Of a stretch of DNA of 64,000 bases, positions 47,888 through 59,710 are shown piece after piece (positions within the stretch are counted from its first letter, which is position 1; each line of letters opens with the position of its first letter). The stretch lies in contig NC_042999.1 in NCBI RefSeq assembly GCF_006345805.1, forward strand, positions 101,618,001 through 101,682,000, read 5' to 3'. Below the pieces are notes generated by a model. It was not told the origin of the DNA. It worked only from the letters and a program-made list of their open reading frames with translations, and made no database searches. The stretch comes from Octopus sinensis (Eukaryota). A program made the translations under genes and the position numbers.

Positions 47888-49432
47888 ATGGCAGCCATAA
47901 TATAAGGGTCAGTAAGAATAAGTCTATTGAAAAAATAGTTATAGAAGATTTACAACACATTGAGACTAGATATTTTACACACATTTAGATATATCTAATA
48001 TTTATCTTTCGTGAAAATTTCAAATGAATGGAATAAATATTTCGTAAGTTATGAAGAAATAAACAAACAATCTTCCAAATTGCAGTGGCGAAAAGTTAAG
48101 GGTCATTTAGAAAAAATGAATTACTAACCGAGGTATTTGTTGTTTAGAAGACCATTAATGGGCTAACAGTTACTTCTTATGATCTTACATTACTGGAACA
48201 TTCAACTGCCGACATGGCAGTTTGTGAGAGACAACCAGTGTCCTGTGATGAAAAACAAAGGATTGTGTTCCTTCACCAAGAGGGCAAGTCAAATTCTATG
48301 ATAGCAACTGCTGTAGGAATGTCTAGAGGTGTTGTGCAATGAATTGTAGCTTGTTTTAAGTCATCAGGATCAACAGATGCTAAACCTGAAATTGGTAGAC
48401 TTCGTAAAACTTCACCAAGAACGGATCGTATTATGGTTAGAATGTCACTGAAGGATAGGTTTAAGAGTGCTGCTGAAATATCCCATGAGCTTAGCTCCAC
48501 TTCTGATGTCAACGTATCATGCAAAACAGTTTCTTGGAGGTTATGATGTTCTGGGTTGCTTGCTCGGACACTAGCAAAGAAACCTCTGACCTCCAAGAAG
48601 AGTCGAAGAGCCCGTCTTTGTTTTGCTTATGAACATGTCATTTGGACAGAAGAACAGTGGTCACAGGTGCATTTTAGCAATGAGTCAAAGTTTAATGTGA
48701 TTGGTGCTGATGGCAGGATGTATGTCCAACAAAGAAGTGGCAAAAGGTTATCTCATGCATGTGAAGGAGAGTGAAATATGGAGGAGGCAGTGTAATAGTA
48801 TGGAGAGTGATCTCTGCTGCTAGTCCTGGTCCACTTATTCGCCTACAAGGGACTGTCAATGCTGAAATCTACAAGCAAATTCTTAGACAGCATGCCCTTC
48901 AACATCTCTAATCCTCATCAGTTCAACCGCCTATCTTCATGCAGGACAATGCTCTCTGTAACACTGCAAAGAGAGTCAAAGGTTTTTTGAGTGATGAAGG
49001 GGTTGATCTCATGGACTGGCCACCTCAAAGTTCCAATCTCAACCCTATAGAAAACGTTTGGAAGATTATTAGAGCTGGGGTGCAAAGAGGAAATCCAAAA
49101 AACCAAGATGAACTCTGCTAATTACTGAAAAGCGAATGGAGCAATATTACTCCATAGTTTTACAAGAAATTAATTCAGTCCTGTGGTAAGAGGTGTCTGG
49201 TCATTGATAGTAAAGGGATGTTCACAAAATATTAATAGTAAGAGTTTCCTTTTTATTTTTGTTCCATTTTTCATTGTTTTTCTAAGTGACCATTAACTTT
49301 TGGCCATTGCAGTTTGGAAGATTATTTGTTTATTTCCTCATAACTTACAAAATATCTAGTCTCAACATTTTAGCTATAATAAATATTTCAATATATTTTT
49401 TCTTATTGACCCTTATATTATGGCCACTACTG
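47886..49432 (+). mobile_element. Tc1-family transposon with long IR/DR-type terminal repeats
   Basis: Outer ends CAATGGCAGCCATAATATAAGGGTCAGTAAGA / TCTTATTGACCCTTATATTATGGCCACTACTG, followed by TA. An inner repeat CAGTGGCGAAAAGTTAAGGGTCATTTAGA at ~48083 is mirrored at ~49280-49310. Confidence 0.9.
48214..49235 (+). pseudogene. Tc1 transposase pseudogene
   Basis: Paired-like HTH (EKQRIVFLHQEGKS...IA), GRLRKTSPRTDR, KKPL, W..VHFSNESKFN, FMQDNA, WPPQSSNLNPIENVW; several stops and frameshifts. Confidence 0.92.
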
Positions 49433-49830
49433 TATATATAAATGTGTTTTCCCAAATAAAATTGCACTTCATGTTTGTAGGTCTGATAAAAGTATAGGAT
49501 GATACACAAGCATTCAACTATGAGTGCATTACACCTTATAGCTGAAACAGCTGTAAGCTAATGAAGTTCATGGTACAATTTCTTACTACTGCTTTGTTCT
49601 GAAGCATATGTATATTGAGTTCTAACACTAGATCATTAGTATTGCTATGCCTAAGCAATCTCTCCCTCTCTCTTCTTTTCTCTCTCTCTCTTGCTGGGTA
49701 ATCATGTACCTCCTCTTAAAGCAAGACACCTATTTCTGCCTCTATATTTCTCTGTCACACTATAACATTTCACCATCTGACATCAGATCACCTCCTCCAA
49801 TGCTCCCTCCAATATAGCAAGACACCTGTT

Positions 49831-49889
<59 letters not shown>

Positions 49890-50707
49890 GTTACACTCTA
49901 ACCTTTCATCTTCTAACACAAGTTCCCCTCCTCAAATGCCCCTGCTCCTCTCAAAATTCTTTGTCTTGTGAGTTACTTGGTGAACCTGCCAGTGCTGGTA
50001 CCACATAAAAAGCATTCAGTCCACACTGTAAATATCAGCCATCCTATGGCTGTCTAATTCTCTCTCTCATTAGACTACATTGTCTAATGCATCCTTGTTT
50101 AATGGTAGGGTGTGATTTGAGTGTAATTTGACTGCTATTTCTAGTAGACTATTATTATTAAGCTCCAGATCAGCTCTGAATAAACTGACCTTTGATCAAA
50201 AGACATTCCAGACATGACTATGCTATTTTTTATTTCCAGTTACAGTGTATCCTGAATTCCATTATCTAATGTGTCCTTTTTCATTTAAGATAGTAAGGTA
50301 TGATTTGAGGGAGATATGGCTGCTACTTCTAGCAGATTGAGAACCAACCACTTTGTGGCTTCCTCATTGATTTCAACAAGTTTATTAACCATGTAGAGAT
50401 CCCTTATTAGCTTGTTGTTAGCTAAGGGCATATGCTAGTAGCAGTGGAGGTGATTGTGTGTGTATTTATACTTACACCAGTGCTTTATTGTATATGTTAT
50501 ACGAATATATAACAATTATACTGACTCAATATATGTGTATTCTAGGCTCACTTCTGCTCTTTTCACTCACCTAACACTGCTAATTGAAATTAATGACTGC
50601 CTATAGATATCACTTTCTTTTTTTCTCTTTGGCTAGTAGCTTCTTTTTCTTATTTTACATCTCCAAACAATCTCTTGTTAAATTACTATCAAATCGTAGA
50701 AGTGGTG

Positions 50708-50709
<2 letters not shown>

Positions 50710-50746
<37 letters not shown>

Positions 50747-51699
50747 GTGAAGGCAGCAAGCTGGCAGAATCATTAGGATGCCAGGCTAAATGCTTAGCAG
50801 CATTTCATCCATCTTCACGTTCTGAGTTCAAAAATACCAGTTGAGACTTACCCCCTTCCCTGGAATTGCTAGCCTCGTGCCAAAATTTGAAATCTTTATT
50901 ATTACAACGGTAATGAGGAAGAGGATGGCTACAAGCTGGCAGGATCATTAGAACACCAGACAAATTATTAAGCGACACTTAGTCCATCTTTACATTCTGA
51001 GTTCAAATTCTGCCACGGTTGACTTTACTTTTCATCCTTTCAGGGTTGATAAGTTCAACACGGGTTGATTTAATCAACTAACTCCTTTTCCACAAAAATT
51101 TCAGGCCTTGTACTAATAGTACAAAGGATTATTATTATAAGGTAGTGAGCTGACAAAATCATTAGTGCATCGGACAAATTGCTTTGTAGCAGTTCTTTGG
51201 GCTTTTTACCTTCTGAGTTCAAATTCCATCAAGGTTGATTTTGCTATTTCATCACCAATCAGACACTGGGATCAATGTAATTGACTAGCATTCACTCCTA
51301 AAATTTCAGGCTTTGAGTCACTGTAGTAGAAAGAATGATTAATGTTATGACTACTATTTACATTGTTGTATGAGCAGTTTCAAGCCTCACCCAGTGACAT
51401 CAAATAACACTAAGCTGGATGTTTTACTATAGGTGTTATTTATGATTAGTAATGTTATATTGTAAGGGAAGGAGACCAGAATCTGAGAACAAAGATTCTG
51501 TTAAATTCATAATACTAGATCACTACTCATTGCTATACTGCCAGTTAAAGATATTTGTTAATCATGCACATAACTTCTTAAATTGTTCAAAGTGAAAGAC
51601 TTTTTTTTAAAGTCTGTGTTGTGTTGTCTGTATGTTAAAAGACATAAAGAAAAAACACACAAACAAGCAAAAAAATAACTATATGTATTATATATATAT

Positions 51700-51743
<44 letters not shown>

Positions 51744-51858
51744 CTTTTTTTGTTTTTGAAGTGTGTTGTGTTGACAGACTTGTACTAAAATTTTTGTTTT
51801 TAATCAACATTTGTTAGCTACTAAGGTGACAATACTGCCTATTTATCTATCTTTCACA

Positions 51859-51944
<86 letters not shown>

Positions 51945-53339
51945 CAACAACATTTTCTTCTCTTCTTCCCTCACTCTACACAGATGTTGTAGACAGACAG
52001 ACGCAAATCAACTTCTCTTTTACAATATTAGATTTCAGTTTTGAAAGAGTTTTAAGAGAATCATATATTTTCAGGTTGACAATATTTTTCTTAGGATGTG
52101 AGCAGTACCCATGAGAACAATCTTTTGTAGTTTAGATACTGTTGGGTTTCCTTGGGTTTAGCCTTAGTGTTTAAGAACTCTGTTGGTATTAACCCCAAAG
52201 CTCTGATGATCACAGGTACAGTTGTTCTTAGATATCACGTTTTTAAGACCTCTATTTGAAGACTCTTGAATTTACTTGACTTTTAAAGTTTTTTACAGAA
52301 TTATTATTATTATTGCTGTTATTACTATTATTATTATTATTATATTATTATTATTATTATTATAGTGAAGGCAGCAAGCTGGCAGAATCATTAGGATGCC
52401 AGGCTAAATGCTTAGCAGCATTTCATCCATCTTCACGTTCTGAGTTCAAAAATACCAGTTGAGACTTACCCCCTTCCCTGGAATTGCTAGCCTCGTGCCA
52501 AAATTTGAAATCTTTATTATTACAACGGTAATGAGGAAGAGGATGGCTACAAGCTGGCAGGATCATTAGAACACCAGACAAATTATTAAGCGACACTTAG
52601 TCCATCTTTACATTCTGAGTTCAAATTCTGCCACGGTTGACTTTACTTTTCATCCTTTCAGGGTTGATAAGTTCAACACGGGTTGATTTAATCAACTAAC
52701 TCCTTTTCCACAAAAATTTCAGGCCTTGTACTAATAGTACAAAGGATTATTATTATAAGGTAGTGAGCTGACAAAATCATTAGTGCATCGGACAAATTGC
52801 TTTGTAGCAGTTCTTTGGGCTTTTTACCTTCTGAGTTCAAATTCCATCAAGGTTGATTTTGCTATTTCATCACCAATCAGACACTGGGATCAATGTAATT
52901 GACTAGCATTCACTCCTAAAATTTCAGGCTTTGAGTCACTGTAGTAGAAAGAATGATTAATGTTATGACTACTATTTACATTGTTGTATGAGCAGTTTCA
53001 AGCCTCACCCAGTGACATCAAATAACACTAAGCTGGATGTTTTACTATAGGTGTTATTTATGATTAGTAATGTTATATTGTAAGGGAAGGAGACCAGAAT
53101 CTGAGAACAAAGATTCTGTTAAATTCATAATACTAGATCACTACTCATTGCTATACTGCCAGTTAAAGATATTTGTTAATCATGCACATAACTTCATGCA
53201 CATAACTTCTTAAATTGTTCAAAGTGAAAGACTTTTTTTTAAAGTCTGTGTTGTGTTGTCTGTATGTTAAAAGACATAAAGAAAAAACACACAAACAAGC
53301 AAAAAAATAACTATATGTATTATATATAATATATATATA

Positions 53340-53372
<33 letters not shown>

Positions 53373-53488
53373 GGCTTTTTTTGTTTTTGAAGTGTGTTGT
53401 GTTGACAGACTTGTACTAAAATTTTTGTTTTAATCAACATTTGTTAGCTACTAAGGTGACAATACTGCCTATTTATCTATCTTTCACA

Positions 53489-53566
<78 letters not shown>

Positions 53567-53970
53567 CAACAACATTTTCTTCTCTTCTTCCCTCACTCTA
53601 CACAGATGTTGTAGACAGACAGACGCAAATCAACTTCTCTTTTACAATATTAGATTTCAGTTTTGAAAGAGTTTTAAGAGAATCATATATTTTCAGGTTG
53701 ACAATATTTTTCTTAGGATGTGAGCAGTACCCATGAGAACAATCTTTTGTAGTTTAGATACTGTTGGGTTTCCTTGGGTTTAGCCTTAGTGTTTAAGAAC
53801 TCTGTTTGGTATTAACCCCAAAGCTCTGATGATCACAGGTACAGTTGTTCTTAGATATCACGTTTTTAAGACCTCTATTTGAAGACTCTTGAATTTACTT
53901 GACTTTTAAAGTTTTTTACAGAATTATTATTATTATTGCTGTTATTACTATTATTATTATTATTATTATT
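50710..53970 (+). repeat. Tandem direct duplication of a ~1.62-kb unit (two copies)
   Basis: TATAGTGAAGGCAGC at 50743 and 52361 (offset 1618); GCTGTTATTACT at 52315 and 53938 (offset 1623). Junctions lie in (TAT)n. Confidence 0.95.
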
Positions 53971-54094
53971 ATATTTTACTTCTCAGAGCTCTCGATCTTA
54001 CTTGCTTTGGTTCATTCTGTGAGAGCAGGCAGCAACCTGTTGTCAGAGGTCTCACAGTGTCTCTTTCCATAGATTATAAGACTTGGAACTTGGA

Positions 54095-54340
54095 CAGGTG
54101 GTGAGCTAGCAGACTTGTTAGCACACCAGACAAAATGCTTCACAGCATTTCATCGTCTTTATGTTCAGAGTTAAAATTCCACTGACATCAGCTTTGTCTT
54201 TCATCCTTTCAGAATCAATAAATTAAGTACCAGTCAAGTAGCAGGGTCAGTGTAATTGACTAGCCCCCCTCCCTGCCAAAATTTCAGGCCTTGTACCTGT
54301 GGTAGAAAGAATTATCATTATGGCTGCAAGCTGGCAGAAT
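54095..54340 (+). mobile_element. SINE family A (plus the start of a second copy)
   Basis: Family A body. Confidence 0.7.
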
Positions 54341-54382
54341 CAAGTGACAGTATACACTTTAAACATGCATATGTATATATAG

Positions 54383-54590
54383 TTAATCCAAACATGAACA
54401 AAGAGAAAACACAACAACGCGAGGATGTGGAATAAGTATAGTGTTATCAAACGCTCAGGAAAGGAAAGAAAGAAGGCGGATTTCACGTTTCGAGTGGAGC
54501 TCTTCATCAGAAAGATAGAAAAAAAAAATAAAATCCAAAGAAGGGAAGACGGAGAAAGAAAATCGGCAACGATACACACGCGATCACATA
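54383..54590 (-). mobile_element. Penelope-type 3' fragment with a degenerate minimal hammerhead (54481-54513)
   Basis: The minus strand reads TTT-CTGATGA-A-GAG-CTCCA-CTC-GAAAC-GT-G-AAA, in a pyrimidine-rich context between TA/CA repeats. Confidence 0.65.
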
Positions 54591-54594
54591 TATG

Positions 54595-54725
54595 TATCAT
54601 CATCATCGTTTAACATCCACTTTCCATGCTGGAATGGGTTGGACAGTTTGACTGAGGACTAGCAAGCCAATAGGCTGCACCAGGCTCCAATCTGATTTGG
54701 CAAAGTTTCTACAACTGGATGCTTT
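54595..54725 (-). mobile_element. RTE 3' tail fragment
   Basis: CATCATCGTTTAACATCCACTTTCCATGC...TTTCTACAACTGGATGC. Confidence 0.75.
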
Positions 54726-55319
54726 TTCCATACCACCAGCATGGAAGCCAGTTGGGGCACTGGCAAGAAAGTCTCAAGAAGAAAACTACCACTTCGTACC
54801 AATCAACAAAACCCACTGATATAGAATGACTAGATTAAGAGGCTTCTTCAGCTATATCCCACAACATGCAGATACATGTTGAGAGTAGGCCATTGCACTT
54901 GAGCCATGTTCACCACTGTCACCCACCTTTCAATAAATTTATAAGAGAACAGCATCTCTCTCTCTATCTCAGCTTCCTCTCTAAGTGGCACTTTAGGTTG
55001 CTTATGAGGGTTTCTCCAGAAAGAAAAGTGTCTGTCCTCACTTTTTTAGATCAGGAGTCACCTACAACAAAGCTATAGACCAGTACCAGACTATGGATCA
55101 TTTGGTACCAAATGAAAGTATAAATTTTTCAGTTTTATTTCTATTTTATTGACTATTGCTGTCTGCAGGTTGTTTTTGTATTATATATGTAATATATATG
55201 TATAATATATGTAATAATTAAATCATATACTATGTACTTTATTGTATTTTGTTATGCACAAGATCCCCCACCAATCCATGGTGCAAAAAAGGTTAAGACT
55301 GCTGTTTTAGATTGTGTCC

Positions 55320-55950
55320 ACCATACAGCTTCTTTTGCCATAGTGACAAGTCAGGAACACTGACTATTATTCTTGATCAAAGGAAAGCAGTGGGGTAATT
55401 TTCACAATGGACTCGGCCAATAGGCAGATCTCATTGATCTGGCACACAGCAACAGCTGTTCAACATAACTCTGCAAGTCAGTATTACTTGAACAGTGAAT
55501 GAAGTCATGCAAAAATGGTTTTGATGTTATCTAAATATGCTAATACAGCTTTCCTGCATCCCAATTCAGAATTCCTCTCAACATCTTATGAGTCAGTACA
55601 TAGAGAAGTGAAAGAAGGCATCCATAATAATCCAAGCATGTGATTTGAAACAGTTCCAGTTAGTGGCTATTTAGTCTAACCACTGGTCAAATGCTGTTGT
55701 ACAGTGATGAAGCAATCCAGCCTCTTAAAACAGGATCAAAACTGGCTGCACAGAGGACAGGTACTAACTAGCAATAGTCAACCTTATCAAAAGCTTTCGA
55801 TTGATCTAAATTCATCAGAGCCCTACTGAAGTCAGGTTTGTTACGCACCCTCTTTACAATGGAAAATATTATCTTGATTGGAAACAGCTGAAAGAGCATT
55901 AGAGTGTAGAAAATCTGCCTGAAAACAAATTTGTCTGACTCCTGCAAGCA
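55320..55950 (-). mobile_element. Decayed L1/Tx1-clade LINE RT fragment
   Basis: The minus strand reads GALMNLDQSKAFDKVD...VLCAASFDPVLRGWIA...VVRLN...GCLLSLLYVL, typical of Tx1 RT. Confidence 0.7.
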
Positions 55951-57469
55951 TAGACATGGACACTAAAATAAAGATGATGACATAGTTGCAACTCCTGACA
56001 GAAGTGTAACTTTTTTTTTTTTCCTAATGTGAGCTCAGAATGCACAGAACCAGAACAGATAGTACTAGGCATCCCATCCAGCAATCTGCCAATTCTGCCA
56101 CTCTGGACTGGTACTTTTCTTATAGATGGAAAGGTAGAGTTGACATTGACAGGATTTGAACTTGTAGCATGGAGAGTCAGAGCAAATACTACTACAAGGC
56201 ATTCTATCCAACGCTAATGACTCTGCCAGTTCACCACCTTACATAGCTAAATACAAGGTATACAATCTCCCACTCTACCTATTCTCACAATCCACTGTAA
56301 TAGTAACAATAATAATGATGATGAAAGTAATAAAAACAAAACAATGAAATAGATTGTATGTTTGCATGTATGTATACATGTATATTTGTGTGAGAGAAAG
56401 AGAATGCAACCTAGTGTATAATATGTTATATATAGTTATATATTACATCTAGCCATGATTAAGGTATGTGCTCTGTAACTGAAATAGAAAATAGACTGAC
56501 GTGGTTTGTGGGTCGTCATTGGCAGAGTGGCTAAAAATTATTTTCAAAGGTTAATCATGCTTGGAAGATAGACATTAATGTATGTAAAAACAAACATTTC
56601 TGGATTAAGGAAACTGATAATTTGAACCTAGTAATCTTCCATGGTATTATGTAGGTGAGGTATTTGCTGCTGAACTGTCTTTTTAGCTTTTGTTTTGTTT
56701 TATTTTTATCATCCACCCCATCCCACCATTTTGTAATGTGTCAGATACAATTGGAGTTCTACTGCCAAGTAAGGTACCAGTCTGTTGCTGTTGTCATTGT
56801 TGTTGTTGCTGCTGCTTAACCTCATAAAGAAAAAGACATAGTGTTGAATAGTATGGTAGATAGAGCCATATAAACTAAGAGAAAGAATTGAGCAAAGGGA
56901 TAATCAAGGAATAATATCAAGTACTTAGAAGAGAAGTTAGGGATCAGGTATAGCATAAAGGGAAATTGAAAGTTAGAAGTGTCTCAGTGGTTTGAGGGGC
57001 TTTGGATTACAATATAATGTCAGTGTGAATCAGGGTTTCACTGGTTAAAAGTATGTAATGACTGCAGTACACTTGCCCTTGCACCAAGAAGAGGCATGGA
57101 AATGCTACTACTGGAGGTTGCTGGGTGAAGAGAATGCATGGGAAACAGAGAGACTACTCCATGTTGACTGAACAAGTTTGTATCAGGAAATTTTTAATGC
57201 CTTCTTAATGAACAAATACAGAAGTTCTTAGCTAAGAGCAAGACAGATATTCTGGTCTTATCCTTCCATCACTCAGGTCCTTCCAACCTTCTCACCTCTC
57301 CACCTTTCATCACCCTTGTTGCATCTGGGCCTCCAGTCCTTCCTCTCCACAACATCAACCTGCTGGAATCTTTTCCTGCTCATGTCTTCTCTACAAGTAT
57401 TGACCTACAACAATTTGAACTGAACACTGACGGCATCAAATTCATTGGTCTCAGAGGGCCTACAAATGT

Positions 57470-58190
57470 CATGGCTGCTGCCCCTTCATGCAGACTCCAT
57501 AAATTGAAAAATCAAAACATCACTGACCTGGAGATGGTTTTGACAAGGTTTCATGCTCTGTAGTTTGATATAGATGAGTAACTTGTAAGAGTTAACAATG
57601 AGTTCAGTAAGGAATCAAACCACAAAGAGGCCATCAGCTTTCAGTTTTGAGATCTCTACTGTTTACAATAATCCTCCAAACCATAACAGAGGAATTCAAA
57701 ATTCACTCTCTATGGAAACTTATATACTGACAACCATTTTTCTCATTACCAAATTAGTCAGGGAATTAGAGGGAATGTTCCAAACATGGGAGCAGAGCCT
57801 AAAATTAAGAGGACTAAAAGTAAATTTATTGACAATGAAACTGTTAGTTATCAAAAGAAAATACAAAAATTTTGCCATCTAGGAAATAGTTTTGTGCAAC
57901 ATGTAGAAAATATTTTGGTAGAAATTCTAAACAATGTACCTGATGTAAACTGTGAGTGCCCAAGGGATGCGGTGAGGACACAGACTGGATAACAGAAAAG
58001 AGGGACATCATATGTAGCAGATGCTTTCAAATGCTCAGAAGGCTGCCTGGAAGTAGTTGACAGCCTCTATTACTTAAGTATTCTAAGTGACCAGTGAAGG
58101 TGGTGGTTATGAAAGTGTAGTAACCAGAGTTAGTGTGGTTGTTGGTCTTGTTGGTCTTGTTGGCATCGTTGGTGCTGGGTAAGATACATG
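57470..58190 (+). mobile_element. Decayed RTE RT fragment
   Basis: RELEGMFQTWEQSLKLRGLKVNLLTMKLLV and DAFKCSEGCLEVVDSLYYLS match the RTE region after YADD. Confidence 0.6.
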
Positions 58191-59572
58191 AGCTATTACC
58201 TCAGTATAATTTATTGATTGCGTGCTTTCTAAAAATGTTCTGTTAAAAATTATTGCTTATTAGAGCTTTAAAAAGTGACTTGGTACACGTTAAGGTACAC
58301 TTACACACACACACACACACATGCACACGTGGAACATGAGGCAACTTGTCATTTCTATAGCAATAATGAATACTTAAGACAAAGCTGCTTGCCATATGTG
58401 CTTCAATCCACCTTTCTCAGTACAGGCCTGGAACAGGCTGCACTGGATGCCAACCCCAAATTTCAAAATTGAGGGACAAGAACTATAACTTTGGATAGGA
58501 GCCTGAAACTTGCATAAGGCAGGGTCATCACACTCTGTAGTAATGACTGAAGTCTCTATCTGCTAGTTAAAATACTAGACTTAAATCTTACAAGCAAAGC
58601 ACTTAGCTCTTTTTTATTCTAGTCAGTTTCAGTGACTGTAAATAGCTTCCATGCCCTACTTCATGGTCAACTGTCTTCTACGATCACTTCAAATCAACCC
58701 AAGCTTTGTGAGTAGACAGGGTAGACAGAAACTGTATGAAAACTCAACAGACAAATTTAGTAGACTTTATCAGTTTCCGAGTTTAACACTACAGTCTGGC
58801 TTTTGTGATGCCTCTTGCATAGCCTACCCTTTTGCAAGCATCCAAACTAGATCTCCAGTCAGAGGATAACTCAATATCCTGATATAATCCTTCAAATAAC
58901 ATTAAACTATGAGTTACAGTTTGTTTTTTCTTTTTCTCCACCAACCTCAGAAACCCCACATAGATTATGGATGCTGCCCTTCCTCCAGAGGATCTAATAC
59001 TGATAAATAGGTGCATTGAATGAACGTAGAATAAAGTGTGTCATCTACTTTTATTCAGAAAAAACCTTTGCTGCAACTCAGAAAGTTTCTGTAGTCTCAT
59101 GGGTGTTGCCTACCTAAGCTGTGGATATATAGCTATAAATTTTTATGTTTTATTTCTAAAATATTATGCACAGCTATTGTCAAACATATTTAACTACCAA
59201 AAAGTAGGCGAGTTGTTTTGCTCTAGTTGCTTTTTTCAGTAATTACTTGGACATCTTATCTGGTGGCTCATTATACATTATGAAGCTTAAAAATCCAAAC
59301 ATTTTAGTGATACTTATTAATGTCATAGAATAACAATATTCTATAAAATTTTGACATTTCTTTTTAAAGAAAGTTATTTGGATATTGTATATACTGTCTA
59401 CCTCTTTTTAACATGTTGTATGGTTTACACACAAAGAGAAAAAGAAAATTAGTTCCACAAAAATTCAAAATGCAATAGAAATACATAGCAACACAATTGT
59501 TGCTATGTATTTGTAGGTTGTCAAACATTGTTAGTTCTTATAATTCATAGCATAAAATGCATTCAAATACTA

Positions 59573-59710
59573 CAAAGGGTGCTGAAAAGTTCCTGGCTTT
59601 AAACACAGTATCAAAAATGGCCTGGTTGAAGGCCAACCCAACCTTCTAAGTTCTTTTACAGGGCTTAGGAAACCTGAAAGACTGCTGCAAGGAACTTTTC
59701 AGCACACTCC
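59573..59710. mobile_element. mariner-type MITE
   Basis: TA then CAAAGGGTGCTGAAAAGTTCCTGGC ... GCAAGGAACTTTTCAGCACACTC; a related fragment lies at 19325-19395. Confidence 0.65.

Noticed and set aside
56860-57200. Further Penelope GIY-YIG remnants (also 24200-24600 and 27760-28110, minus strand)
   Set aside because: Only faint residue similarity with many stops; not supportable without a profile search.
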